Assembly (NCBI GenBank): GCA_002412865.1
Contig: DHVW01000007.1
Location: 7,806 to 71,805 of the forward strand
Direction: 5' to 3'
DNA from: Sulfurovum sp. UBA5198
Lineage (GTDB): Bacteria > Campylobacterota > Campylobacteria > Campylobacterales > Sulfurovaceae
Length of the DNA stretch: 64,000 nucleotides
Shown: positions 1 through 11,753 of the stretch, piece by piece
How the letters are laid out: every line of letters begins with the position of its first letter
Numbering within the stretch: position 1 is the first letter of the stretch
Notes under the pieces: model-generated
What the model saw: only the letters and a program-made list of their open reading frames with translations
The model's database searches: none
Told to the model about the DNA's origin: nothing
Made by a program: the position numbers and the translations under genes

Positions 1-1
1 G

Positions 2-175
2 CCAGATAACCCATTGCTTTTGGCTAATACTATCAAGGAAATAGTTTCGATAGAGTATGAGAAAATGGTAGAAATAGGGGCTAGAAATAGGGATTATTGT
101 GAGAAATATTATAGTATTCCACTACTAGTAGATAAATTAGAAAAAATTTTAAATGTAGAAGTAAATAATGGTTAA
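2..175 (+). CDS. glycosyltransferase, C-terminal fragment (gene begins upstream of the window; PglA-like position)
   Basis: Frame is open from the window edge to TAA at 173-175 (...[19 protein letters not shown]). It overlaps the next ATG by 8 nt and sits where pglA sits in the C. jejuni pglA-C-D-E order. Confidence 0.45.
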   Translation, partial: PDNPLLLANTIKEIVSIEYEKMVEIGARNRDYCEKYYSIPLLVDKLEKILNVEVNNG

Positions 176-758
176 AAGATTATTTGATATTATATTTTCA
201 CTGATTTTTATGATCATATTTTCACCACTATATATAGCTACGAGTTTGCTAGTTTGGATTGCAATTGGTCGCCCTATTCTATTTGCTCAAGAGCGTCCCA
301 CTATAAATGAAAAGATATTTGGAATATATAAATTCCGAACAATGAGTGATGAGCGAGATGAGCATGGAAATCTTTTAAGTGATGAGATTAGGCTTGGCAA
401 AATTGGTAAATTCATAAGAAGTTCTAGCCTTGATGAGTTACCACAACTTTTTAATGTTTTGCGTGGCGATATGAGCATGATAGGTCCTAGGCCACTGCTC
501 GTCGAATACCTGCCTCTTTATAATGAGAGACAAAGAAAAAGACATAATGTAAAAGCTGGCATCACAGGCTGGGCTCAAGTCAATGGTAGGAATGCAATAA
601 GTTGGGAGCAGAAATTTGAGTATGATGTGTGGTATGTGGAGCATATCTCATTCTGGTTAGACATGAAGATATTGGGCTTAACTATGTTAAAATTGTTCAG
701 AAGAAGTGGCATAAGCTCAAGCACAAGTGTAACAATGGAAAAGTTTAGGGGGAAATAA
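168..758 (+). CDS. pglC: undecaprenyl-phosphate sugar phosphotransferase (PglC-like bacterial sugar transferase)
   Basis: 196 aa. One N-terminal TM helix, then [11 protein letters not shown]...[31 protein letters not shown]...[12 protein letters not shown], very close to remembered C. jejuni PglC. Confidence 0.8.
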   Translation: MVKRLFDIIFSLIFMIIFSPLYIATSLLVWIAIGRPILFAQERPTINEKIFGIYKFRTMSDERDEHGNLLSDEIRLGKIGKFIRSSSLDELPQLFNVLRGDMSMIGPRPLLVEYLPLYNERQRKRHNVKAGITGWAQVNGRNAISWEQKFEYDVWYVEHISFWLDMKILGLTMLKLFRRSGISSSTSVTMEKFRGK

Positions 759-761
759 AAT

Positions 762-2458
<1,697 letters not shown>

Positions 2459-2495
2459 GCAAATCTCGGTATAATAATTCACCATTTTTCAATGA

Positions 2496-2652
2496 GCCAA
2501 CTATACAATTCAAGTGATTTAGTGTGAATATTAGTTGCTGTTAGATTTGTGCTGAAAAAATTATCATCTACTCGATGTAAATGGTAATTTTTTGGGTAAA
2601 AATATAATAGTAATAAATGTTTGCAATGGAGTACTTGAATTGTATAGTTGGC
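2496..2652. repeat. perfect 20-bp inverted repeat (2496-2515 / 2633-2652) enclosing a 117-nt spacer
   Basis: GCCAACTATACAATTCAAGT and its exact reverse complement ACTTGAATTGTATAGTTGGC, in the pglE-rpsB intergenic region. Confidence 0.85.
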
Positions 2653-2800
2653 TTATAAATGAATATGGCAGCTCACATGTAGTTATCCTTGCATGGTTGC
2701 GTAAATTATCAATTATGATAATAAGCGTTAAGGACTACAGAGGCGAAAACCAGAAAGGCGATAATATCGCAAAAAATAATAATATACCCAAGGAGATACA

Positions 2801-3616
2801 ATGGTAACAATGAAAGACTTGCTCGAATGTGGCGTACACTTCGGACACCAAACAAGAAGATGGAATCCAAAGATGAAGAAATATATCTTTGGTGAGAGAA
2901 AAAAAATATATATAATCGATTTGCAAAAAACACTTCGTTATTTCAAATATACTTATAATGTAGTAAGAGATGCAGCAGCTGAGGGTCAAACTGTACTTTT
3001 TGTTGGTACAAAAAAACAAGCTAGAGTTGCAGTTGAACAAGCGGCGATCTCATGTGGCATGCCATATGTAGCAAACAGATGGTTGGGCGGAATGCTTACA
3101 AACTATCCAACTATCCAAAAATCTATTCGTAAACTTGAAATCATCGAGCAAATGCAAGAGAATGGTCAAATCAATCTTTTGACTAAAAAAGAAGCGTTAA
3201 TGCTTAGCCGTAAAAAAGACAAATTAAGCGATTATCTTTCTGGTTATAGAAATATGAAAAAACTACCAGATATGATGTTCGTTGTGGATGTAGTTAAAGA
3301 ACATATTGCTGTTCTTGAAGCTAGAAGAATGGGTATGAAAGTTGTAGCTCCACTTGATACAAACTGTGACCCTGATTTAGTAGATTATCCAATCCCTGGA
3401 AACGATGATGCAATCAGAGCGATTGAGCTTTTCTGTAAAGAGATGGCTGAAGCAATCAACGAAGGTAAAGCTATCTACGCTGAAAATCAAGGCAAAACAA
3501 CTCATGTAAATGCTGATACTGTAACAGAAGAAGAGATGAGTGCAATGATAGAAGAAGTGGCTGTTGAAGCAGAAGTTGCTACTGAAACTGCAACAGAAAC
3601 AACAACGGAGGCTTAA
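2801..3616 (+). CDS. rpsB: 30S ribosomal protein S2
   Basis: [34 protein letters not shown] is almost identical to Campylobacter S2. Has an acidic C-terminal tail. RBS AAGGAG lies upstream. Confidence 0.95.
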   Translation: MVTMKDLLECGVHFGHQTRRWNPKMKKYIFGERKKIYIIDLQKTLRYFKYTYNVVRDAAAEGQTVLFVGTKKQARVAVEQAAISCGMPYVANRWLGGMLTNYPTIQKSIRKLEIIEQMQENGQINLLTKKEALMLSRKKDKLSDYLSGYRNMKKLPDMMFVVDVVKEHIAVLEARRMGMKVVAPLDTNCDPDLVDYPIPGNDDAIRAIELFCKEMAEAINEGKAIYAENQGKTTHVNADTVTEEEMSAMIEEVAVEAEVATETATETTTEA

Positions 3617-3618
3617 TT

Positions 3619-4680
3619 ATGGCAAACTTTGGAGCTGCGGATATTAAAAAACTCAGAGAGATGACTGATGCTGGTATGATGGATTGCAAAAAAGCACTTA
3701 CTGAAGCTGATGGCAATATGGACAAAGCTGTTGAATGGCTAAGAGACCAAGGCATAGGAGCTGCAGCTAAAAAAGCTGGTAAAGTTGCTGCTGAGGGTCT
3801 TATTGGAATGAAAGTAGAAGGCAAAAAAGCAGTCATCGTAGAGCTAAACTCACAAACTGACTTTGTTGCACAAAATGATAAATTCAAAAATACACTTAGT
3901 GATATTGTGAATCATGCATTTGCTAATAACATTGACAACGCAGAGGCTCTTAACGCTTCACAAATGGCCGATATGCCATTTAGTGAATACCTATCGTTAC
4001 AAATATCTACAATTGGTGAAAATCTAGTTGTTCGTCGTTCTGGCATGATTAGCGGAGATGAAAATACAGCAGTTAATGGCTATATTCATGCAAATGGTCA
4101 AGTTGGTGTAATTATTGCAGCTACTTGCGATAGTGCAGCTACTGCTGAGGCAATGACTGCGGCACTCAAAGATGTTTCTATGCACGCAGCTGCTATGAAA
4201 CCAACTACTCTTAGCTATAAAGACTTTGACGCTGCATTTGTAGCTGATGAGACTGCTGGTAGAATTATCAAAATAGAAAAAGAGAATGAAGAGCGAAGCC
4301 GTCTTGGTAAAACACTTCTGAATATTCCTAAATATATCTCTATGTCTCAACTAACTCCAGCTGTATTAGCTGAAGCAGAAGAGGCTATCAAAGCGAAACT
4401 AAAAGCTGAGGGTAAACCTGAGCAAATATGGGACAAAATTGTTCCAGGACAAGTAGCTAGATTTATCGCAGATAACACTACTCTTGATCAAGAGCAGTGC
4501 TTGCTTGACCAAAACTTTGTAATGGATGATAGCATCAATGTTGCTAAATATATCTCAAACAAAGCAGAGGCAGCTGGTGGAACTGCTACTATATCTACAT
4601 TTATCCGTCTTGAAGTTGGTGAAGGTATTGAAGTTGCAGAAGAAGATTTTGCAGCTGAAGTCGCTAAACAAATGGCGTAA
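3619..4680 (+). CDS. tsf: translation elongation factor Ts
   Basis: 353 aa. UBA-like N-terminus (IKKLREMTDAGMMDCKKALTEADGNMDKAVEWLR). Immediately follows rpsB. Confidence 0.95.
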   Translation: MANFGAADIKKLREMTDAGMMDCKKALTEADGNMDKAVEWLRDQGIGAAAKKAGKVAAEGLIGMKVEGKKAVIVELNSQTDFVAQNDKFKNTLSDIVNHAFANNIDNAEALNASQMADMPFSEYLSLQISTIGENLVVRRSGMISGDENTAVNGYIHANGQVGVIIAATCDSAATAEAMTAALKDVSMHAAAMKPTTLSYKDFDAAFVADETAGRIIKIEKENEERSRLGKTLLNIPKYISMSQLTPAVLAEAEEAIKAKLKAEGKPEQIWDKIVPGQVARFIADNTTLDQEQCLLDQNFVMDDSINVAKYISNKAEAAGGTATISTFIRLEVGEGIEVAEEDFAAEVAKQMA

Positions 4681-4681
4681 A

Positions 4682-4705
4682 TTCAAATGGCACTCGCCGT
4701 TTGAA
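4682..4705. terminator. possible bidirectional hairpin between convergent tsf and the patatin gene
   Basis: TTCAAATGGC-ACTC-GCCGTTTGAA forms a 10-bp stem with one G-U pair. No clear T-tract. Confidence 0.35.
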
Positions 4706-4730
4706 ACAACTAATAACTATCAATTTATTC

Positions 4731-5492
4731 TTAAATATATTTTTTCAATAACACTTTAGCATCAATATATCCAAGCTCAAACATCTCATCTAAGTGCTTA
4801 AATGAAACTAGAGAATAGTCACGTAACTTATCATTAGTGATAACACTATCGCAATTCTTTTGACTATTTTGTGAATTAGAGTAAGTATTCAGATACACTG
4901 TTCTTTTTATGAAATCATACATGCTGTGTTGCTTTTGAGATATATTTATTGGGTGTAAATTCACGCCAACAATTGGATAATTATAGTTCAAAAGTGGCAT
5001 AAATGGCATATGGTTTACAAAACCACCATCTGCAAGCAAATGACCTTCATGCTCAACAGGAGGAAAAAGAGGAACAAGTGCGCAAGATCCAAAACAGAGC
5101 TTTGGAATCTTTCCACTAGAATAATACAGCTCTTGACCGCTTATCAAATCTAATGCAGTCACAAACATAGGCATATTTAACTTCTCTAAACTTTCACACG
5201 GTATAAGCTCGTTGATTATTTGCGTATTATAATTTATTTTAAATATAGATTTACGAAAATAATTAAAAGAAAATATATCCCTAAATTCAGGAGATTTGAA
5301 AATCTCAAGCTGTCTTTGAGGCTTAACACCGGCTGCGTAGCTTGTTCCTATGACGGCTCCAATAGAAGTCCCACAAATAGCTTTAACTGATATTCCCATC
5401 TCGTCAATTCTCTGCAATACACCAAGATGATATGCCCCTCTAGCCGCACCACCAGATAATGCTAGCGAAATTCCACTCATACTTGCTCCCAA
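4731..5492 (-). CDS. patatin-like phospholipase
   Basis: 253 aa. Oxyanion motif GGAARG, nucleophile elbow GTSIGA and Asp motif ADGGF. Confidence 0.75.
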   Translation of the reverse strand: MGASMSGISLALSGGAARGAYHLGVLQRIDEMGISVKAICGTSIGAVIGTSYAAGVKPQRQLEIFKSPEFRDIFSFNYFRKSIFKINYNTQIINELIPCESLEKLNMPMFVTALDLISGQELYYSSGKIPKLCFGSCALVPLFPPVEHEGHLLADGGFVNHMPFMPLLNYNYPIVGVNLHPINISQKQHSMYDFIKRTVYLNTYSNSQNSQKNCDSVITNDKLRDYSLVSFKHLDEMFELGYIDAKVLLKKYI

Positions 5493-6214
5493 TGTATTAC
5501 TTCAAACCTACCATCATAATGCTCAACAATAGCACTACAATTCTCTACCCAATCACCACAATTATAGTATATTATATCTTCTATCATCTTTGCTTCTGGC
5601 TTATGAATATGACCACATATCACACCATCATATTTTTTATGTTTAGCGTGGGCCGTGAGTATCTCTTCAAAGTTATTAATAAAACTAATTGAACTTTTAA
5701 CATTGTCCTTGATATATTTAGAGAACGACCAATATCTATTTATACCACACATTTTACGAAAATTATTTAGTATATGATTTAAAAATAATACAAAGTCATA
5801 GCCTATATCCCCAGCTATTGCAAGCCATTTATGGGTCATAGTTATACTATCAAAAAAATCACCATGAGTCACAAGGTATCTTTTACCATCAACACCAATA
5901 TGCGTAAGCTCATTTACTATTTGCAAATTATCTCCCATGAAAAGTGGTGCAAAAGGACGCAAAAACTCATCATGATTTCCAGTAATAAAACATACTTCGG
6001 TTCCTTTGCGTGCTTTTTTGAGAACTTTTTGAATAATATTGGAGTGTGATTGCAACCATTTGAATTTTCTCTTTATAGCCCAACCATCTATGATGTCACC
6101 AACAAAAAACAGCTTGTCACTCTCGTTATGTTTTAAAAAATTCAAAAACTCATGAGCTTTTGCATATTTAGTTCCTAAGTGTATATCCGAGATAAATATC
6201 GATTTATATTGCAT
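5477..6214 (-). CDS. lpxH: calcineurin-like metallophosphoesterase, LpxH-type UDP-2,3-diacylglucosamine diphosphatase candidate
   Basis: 245 aa. SDIHLG, VGDIIDGW, GNHDEF, THGD and CGHIHKP metal-binding motifs. Overlaps the patatin gene by 16 nt. Confidence 0.6.
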   Translation of the reverse strand: MQYKSIFISDIHLGTKYAKAHEFLNFLKHNESDKLFFVGDIIDGWAIKRKFKWLQSHSNIIQKVLKKARKGTEVCFITGNHDEFLRPFAPLFMGDNLQIVNELTHIGVDGKRYLVTHGDFFDSITMTHKWLAIAGDIGYDFVLFLNHILNNFRKMCGINRYWSFSKYIKDNVKSSISFINNFEEILTAHAKHKKYDGVICGHIHKPEAKMIEDIIYYNCGDWVENCSAIVEHYDGRFEVIHWEQV

Positions 6215-6350
6215 GTGATTATTTTATTGCAAAATAGTAACAAATAAATTACACAGTATAAAAGCGATTGCCAAAATAGTCTGGATTTGATCTTGCATTT
6301 AGCACACAAAATATCAAATACGATATAATATTTCTTTTATAAGGATACAG

Positions 6351-9300
6351 ATGAGAGAGCTTTTTAGGTTTGTAGGATTTATGCCATTTCTATGGATAGT
6401 ATTTTTGAATTCTGCTGTGGATGTCGCACATAAAATTACACTACAAAATGTTTTACTTAAAAGCTTTGATGGTGGTGAGCTTATTATACTCACAGCACTT
6501 GTGAATGCAATGATATTGTTGCCTTTTATATTTTTATTTTCTCCATCAGGTTTTATTGGAGATAGATTTGCAAAGGTAATTACTGCCAGATATGCTGCAT
6601 TTGCAGCTATTTTGATATCTTTGGCTATTACTATTAGCTATTATATGGGTGAGTTTTATGTAGCATTTGGGCTTACTTTGCTGCTCTCGGTACAGAGTGC
6701 AATGTACGCTCCTGCAAAATACGGCATGATAAAGGAGCTAACTGGTGAAGATAATCTTGGCGAAGCCAATGGGGCAGTTCAGGCTATAAATATACTGGCT
6801 ATTCTAATATCCTCACTTCTATTTTCGATAGTTTTTGAATACCTCTATTTAAAAGATATTTTGACACCATCAGAGATATTGCGTTCAGTTGCACCTATTG
6901 GTTGGTTACTTGTGGTACTTTCATCAATTGAGTGGTTATTGACATTCAAGATGCCGCTCGCACCTAGTAAATCTCCAGAAATAAGCTTTTCAATAAAAAG
7001 TTTTTTCTCCCTAAACTATCTAAAAACTAATATGAAAACACTCAAGAAGGACGAAAATGTTTGGCTTGGCATAATCGGGCTTAGTATATTTTGGGGTGTT
7101 GGGCAACTAGTTCTTGCTGCATTTCCAGCTCATTACAAAAGTGTAATGGGCGAAGATAATGCAGTTATGATACAGATTATTCTTGCTCTTAGTGGTGTTG
7201 GTGTTGTGACTGGTTCACTATTAGCTGGCAAATATTCAAGGCATCATATAGAGCTTGGTATTGTGCCACTTGGTGCTGTTGGACTTCTAGTTTCACTTGT
7301 TATTTTTGCATATGCGACAACTATTCCCATGATGATTTTTGCTAGTTTACTCTTTGGTTTATTTGGTGGCTTATTTATTGTTCCACTTAATGCTCTAATC
7401 CAGTTTTTCGCACCACCAAAAGAAGAAGGTACAATTCTAGCTGGTAGCAATTTTATACAAAATATTGTTATGGTTGGATTTTTAGCATTCTCAGTTATAA
7501 CTGTAGAATTTTTAAAATTTGATGCAAAAGCTCTATTTTTGAGTGCAGGATTTGTTACACTTATTGGCTCATTGTTTGTAATCAAAAAGATTCCACATCT
7601 CTTTACTAGAGTGCTTTTGATGCCGATACTCAAAACGAGATACAAACTCACAGCAACAGGTATACAAAATATTACAAAAACTGGTGGGATGCTTTTGCTT
7701 GGTAATCATATTAGTTTTTTAGATTGGTTATTGCTGCAAGTGGCATCTCCAAGACCGATTAAATTTGTAATGGCAAAGAGCTATTACAACATATGGTATC
7801 TAAGGTGGTTTTTGGATTTCTTTAATGTCATACCGATATCAAGCATAGGTAGCAAGGGTGCGTTAGAAGCAGTGAAACAAAGACTAAACAATGGAGAAGT
7901 AGTCGCTATATTTCCAGAGGGTCGTATAAGTTATAATGGTCAAATGAATGAATTCAAAAAAGGGTATGAGCTAGCCCTTGGTGACACCAACCACCCAATA
8001 GTTCCGTTTTATATTCATGGCTTGTGGGGCTCGACATTCTCTAAGGCAAATGGGTTTTATAAGAGCATGATAGGTAATGGGGCTAGGAGAAGTGTGCGGG
8101 TAGCTTTTGGTAAGCCAATGTCCTCAACTGCAAAACCACACGAAGTAAAGCAAGAGGTCACAGAATTATCAAACCAAACATGGTCCCACATGATAGATAA
8201 TCTTGGTACATTGCCACAACATTGGCTAAGATCAGCAAAATCAAATCTTAAAAAACGAGCTATTGTGGACAGTACGGGGGCAGATTTATCTAATCTAAAG
8301 ATGATTACTGCGGTGTTTATGTTTTCTAACTACTTTAAAAATTTAAATAGTGAAAACATTGGTGTAATTTTACCAGCTTCAGCCATTGGTTCAATAGCTA
8401 ACATGGCACTTATGGTTACAGGGAAAGTGCCAGTAAATCTAAACTATACACTTAGTAGTGAAGCTATGATGTATGCGCTAGACAAAGCCTCTATTAAGCA
8501 TATCATCACTTCACGCAAATTTGTCACTAAGCTTGAGAGTAAAGGATTTGAATTTTCTACTACAATAAAAGACAAGCTGATATTTGCAGAAGATATAGGC
8601 GAAAGCTTCTCTAGGTCGAATAAGGCAAACTCACTACTAAAATCACTCCTATTGCCTAGATTTTTATTGGAATTTTTGTATATAAAAAAGGTGGATACGA
8701 ACCAAACGGCAACGATTTTATTTAGTAGTGGAAGTGAAGGTATGCCAAAAGGGGTAGAGCTAACACATAAAAACATCATGGCAAATATTAAACAAGTATC
8801 TGCACTTTTGAACTTTCAAGATAAAGATGTGATGCTAAATTCGCTGCCCATATTCCATTCTTTTGGACTAACAGTAACAACACTTCTTCCATTGTGTGAA
8901 GGGGTAAGTATCATCAGTGTGCCAGACCCAACAGATGCCGTTGCTGTTGGCACGTTGGCTGCAAGACACGGGGCTACTATTATGTTTGGGACTTCAACGT
9001 TTTATAGACTATATACCATGAATAGAAAACTACACCCTCTAATGTTTGGAACGATTCGCATGGCGGTTGCAGGGGCAGAAAAACTAAAACCAGAGGTACA
9101 AAAAAACTTCAAAGAGAAGTTTGGGCTAGATATCCAAGAGGGATATGGGGCTACAGAAACATCGCCAGTTGTGTCAGTTAATATGCCAAATTCACTTGAT
9201 TTGGATTCAATGCAAGTAGTAATAGGCAACAAAGAAGGCACAGTGGGACAAGGAATCCCTGGAACAATAATACGAATTATTGACCCGCAGACAAATGAGA

Positions 9301-9803
9301 TATTAGCACCAAATATAGATGGTATGATATTAGTTGGTGGGTCACAAGTCACGAAAGGTTATCTTGGTGATCCTGAAAAAACAGAGAGTGTGATAGTTAC
9401 GATAGATGGTATTAGATATTACAAAACTGGCGATAAAGGGCATCTTGATGAAGATGGATTTATCACGATAGTTGACAGATATAGTAGATTTGCAAAAATA
9501 GGGGGAGAGATGATAAGCCTAGGCATGGTTGAGGAGTCGATAGAAAAACTTTTCGGGGATAACATTCAAGCTGTTGCAGTGGCACTAAATGATGACAAAA
9601 AAGGCGAACAAGTTGCACTTTTATTTAGTGGCAAATTAGACAGTGAAACAGTAAAACAACAAATAAAAAGTAGCGAAATAATACCGTTAATGCAGCCAAG
9701 CCTATATATAAGACTAGATGAATTACCTAAACTAGCCAGCGGTAAAACAGATTTCTCAAAAGCAAAAACTATTGCTATGGAACAATTAAATGCAAACAGT
9801 TGA
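6351..9803 (+). CDS. aas: triple-domain lysophospholipid transporter (LplT-like MFS) / 1-acyl-sn-glycerol-3-phosphate-type acyltransferase / acyl-ACP synthetase (Aas-like) fusion
   Basis: 1150 aa. About 420-aa multi-TM N-terminus. PlsC motifs NHISFLD and FPEGRIS. AMP-binding motifs SSGSEGMPKGV, GYGATET and YKTGD. Confidence 0.75.
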   Translation: MRELFRFVGFMPFLWIVFLNSAVDVAHKITLQNVLLKSFDGGELIILTALVNAMILLPFIFLFSPSGFIGDRFAKVITARYAAFAAILISLAITISYYMGEFYVAFGLTLLLSVQSAMYAPAKYGMIKELTGEDNLGEANGAVQAINILAILISSLLFSIVFEYLYLKDILTPSEILRSVAPIGWLLVVLSSIEWLLTFKMPLAPSKSPEISFSIKSFFSLNYLKTNMKTLKKDENVWLGIIGLSIFWGVGQLVLAAFPAHYKSVMGEDNAVMIQIILALSGVGVVTGSLLAGKYSRHHIELGIVPLGAVGLLVSLVIFAYATTIPMMIFASLLFGLFGGLFIVPLNALIQFFAPPKEEGTILAGSNFIQNIVMVGFLAFSVITVEFLKFDAKALFLSAGFVTLIGSLFVIKKIPHLFTRVLLMPILKTRYKLTATGIQNITKTGGMLLLGNHISFLDWLLLQVASPRPIKFVMAKSYYNIWYLRWFLDFFNVIPISSIGSKGALEAVKQRLNNGEVVAIFPEGRISYNGQMNEFKKGYELALGDTNHPIVPFYIHGLWGSTFSKANGFYKSMIGNGARRSVRVAFGKPMSSTAKPHEVKQEVTELSNQTWSHMIDNLGTLPQHWLRSAKSNLKKRAIVDSTGADLSNLKMITAVFMFSNYFKNLNSENIGVILPASAIGSIANMALMVTGKVPVNLNYTLSSEAMMYALDKASIKHIITSRKFVTKLESKGFEFSTTIKDKLIFAEDIGESFSRSNKANSLLKSLLLPRFLLEFLYIKKVDTNQTATILFSSGSEGMPKGVELTHKNIMANIKQVSALLNFQDKDVMLNSLPIFHSFGLTVTTLLPLCEGVSIISVPDPTDAVAVGTLAARHGATIMFGTSTFYRLYTMNRKLHPLMFGTIRMAVAGAEKLKPEVQKNFKEKFGLDIQEGYGATETSPVVSVNMPNSLDLDSMQVVIGNKEGTVGQGIPGTIIRIIDPQTNEILAPNIDGMILVGGSQVTKGYLGDPEKTESVIVTIDGIRYYKTGDKGHLDEDGFITIVDRYSRFAKIGGEMISLGMVEESIEKLFGDNIQAVAVALNDDKKGEQVALLFSGKLDSETVKQQIKSSEIIPLMQPSLYIRLDELPKLASGKTDFSKAKTIAMEQLNANS

Positions 9804-10770
9804 TTTTCATACACATTTACTCAGTAGCGAACTTAGCTTTGATAGGATTTATGACAAATTAGCAATTAAGTTTTTTGGAGAAAAAATGGGCTTGGATAAA
9901 AATATGGCACTAAAAAGTCCATATACTGCATACACGCAAGCACTTATTTCCAATATAAAAAATTCAAAATATGTATCAAAATCTGTAATTTTTGGTGTTG
10001 ATGGTAGGTTTGATTATAGTGGAACAGAGATGCATAGAGACAAAACTGTATGCGCATCAAATGAAGATGTATTAAAACTTTATAAGGAGAATAGAGATAT
10101 ATTTATTCCATTTTTCTCGATAAACCCTATGCGTCACGATGCACTTGAACTCATTGATAAATATCATGCACTAGGCTTCAAGGGTGCTAAATTCTTGCAA
10201 AACTATTGGGGTGTGGACACTAGAGATGATAAGTATTTGCCATATTTTGAAAAACTTGCCAAACTAAACATTCCACTAATAGTGCATGTTGGGAGCGAAA
10301 GTAGTGTTCTTAGCGATAAATCATGTGAATGTATTGAGATGTTAGATGCACCATTAAAAGCTGGGGTAAAAACTGTTGCCGCACATATGGCACTTAGTTA
10401 TTCGCCACTTCGTCCTATTAAGGCTATATCTAAAAAACCACGAAACTTTGGGAAGGAGTATCATAGATTACTAGCAATGCTTGAAATGCACGATAATCTA
10501 TATGCCGATATTTCAGCACTACTCACTCCTGTGCGAGCAAAAGCCTTGCCACATTTGGCATCACAAAAACATATACACCATAAATTGTTATTTGGGACTG
10601 ATTATCCTGTGCCTTTTAGTGCTATATTTACCAGCTATGATTTGCCTCTTTCCAAAAGAAGAGAGATAGAATCCGAACCAAACACTCTTGATAGGTATAC
10701 AAAGGCTATTTTGGAATACTTTCCAAAAGAGAGCGAGATGTATACTAATTGGCAAAAGCTTTTAACTTGA
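9790..10770 (+). CDS. amidohydrolase-family (TIM-barrel metal-dependent hydrolase) protein
   Basis: 326 aa. N-terminal VDFHTHLL metal motif, later VHVGSE and GTDYP. Overlaps the aas stop by 14 nt. Confidence 0.55.
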   Translation: MQTVDFHTHLLSSELSFDRIYDKLAIKFFGEKMGLDKNMALKSPYTAYTQALISNIKNSKYVSKSVIFGVDGRFDYSGTEMHRDKTVCASNEDVLKLYKENRDIFIPFFSINPMRHDALELIDKYHALGFKGAKFLQNYWGVDTRDDKYLPYFEKLAKLNIPLIVHVGSESSVLSDKSCECIEMLDAPLKAGVKTVAAHMALSYSPLRPIKAISKKPRNFGKEYHRLLAMLEMHDNLYADISALLTPVRAKALPHLASQKHIHHKLLFGTDYPVPFSAIFTSYDLPLSKRREIESEPNTLDRYTKAILEYFPKESEMYTNWQKLLT

Positions 10771-10772
10771 AC

Positions 10773-11636
10773 TTATTCATCTTCACAACTACTCTCTTTG
10801 ATTGTTTTATAAAAGTATGCCAATCCAACAAACATAAGTGTAGTACCAAACAGTAGCCAAAAAGCAGATAACATATTTTGATAGTCTGACAATGCAATCT
10901 TAAATACTACCATTAGACTCTCAATAGCTAAAGCTATTATTATTGATACTAAAAATTTACCTAAAATCTTGTATTGTCTATCCTCTTCTTGATGAAATGT
11001 TCTAAATAAAACTTCATGTTCAAAAATTTGATTTGAAAGATCAGATATTGCGATACCTAAAGTAATTGATATAATTGATTTAAAAATACTATGCAACAAA
11101 TCTGTTTCTGTATTTTCAAAAAATATCATTACAAATGCATATACGCCATACAAAATCAGCGAAATTGCAACAATTGCAAGAGAAAGTGCGCCAATAAAAT
11201 ATACACTTCTTTTAAACTTATCATATAAGCTATTAAATTCAATAAGCTTAAGCTCCTCTAGAAGCCCTATCAGGTTGATATCAAAAACATAATAAATATT
11301 TTTATAATACCTAACCACTGTGACACTAGCTCTACCAGTCGTGTGATGAATATATGGATTGGATATATAAAATCCATCTTCGTCTGGTGTCACCATAGAA
11401 AAATATTGTTTTTTATTACTACCTTGGCTCTCTATGTCATGTTTTTTTCTGCAAATTGCTGGTGAGATTTGCATATAGTTTTCATCAACACTATATAATA
11501 TTTGGATTATTTTGTTATCTTTTAAAATTCTATCAGCATTCTCGATATAGTCTCTAGGTAGATTTTTAATAAGTGTTATTATGAATTCATCGATATTAGT
11601 TTTATTTTTTTTATAGATATTTACAACTTCTTTCAT
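10773..11636 (-). CDS. membrane protein: soluble Cache/PDC-like N-terminal domain plus a ~4-TM C-terminal domain
   Basis: 287 aa. No N-terminal TM helix. GFYISNPYIHHTTGRASVTVV resembles the Cache ligand-pocket strand. Hydrophobic helices run from about residue 150 onward. Confidence 0.4.
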   Translation of the reverse strand: MKEVVNIYKKNKTNIDEFIITLIKNLPRDYIENADRILKDNKIIQILYSVDENYMQISPAICRKKHDIESQGSNKKQYFSMVTPDEDGFYISNPYIHHTTGRASVTVVRYYKNIYYVFDINLIGLLEELKLIEFNSLYDKFKRSVYFIGALSLAIVAISLILYGVYAFVMIFFENTETDLLHSIFKSIISITLGIAISDLSNQIFEHEVLFRTFHQEEDRQYKILGKFLVSIIIALAIESLMVVFKIALSDYQNMLSAFWLLFGTTLMFVGLAYFYKTIKESSCEDE

Positions 11637-11710
11637 ATTTAATCCTTCTGAATTAATATCATTATAGCATTATTTTAGAAATGATTGAAAAATTTATAAA
11701 GAAATTTTAT

Positions 11711-11744
11711 TTTAAAAAAGCTGACTAAAGGCAAGTGCCTTTAG
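11711..11744 (-). terminator. Rho-independent terminator of glnA
   Basis: Minus strand reads CTAAAGGCA-CT-TGCCTTTAG (9-bp stem), followed by TCAGCTTTTTTAAAA. Confidence 0.65.
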
Positions 11745-11753
11745 GAATATTAT

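Noticed and set aside
2592-2807. 71-aa ORF in the rpsB leader
   Set aside because: No RBS and no recognisable protein features. It overlaps the rpsB start and the inverted-repeat region, so the DNA is more likely non-coding leader or element.
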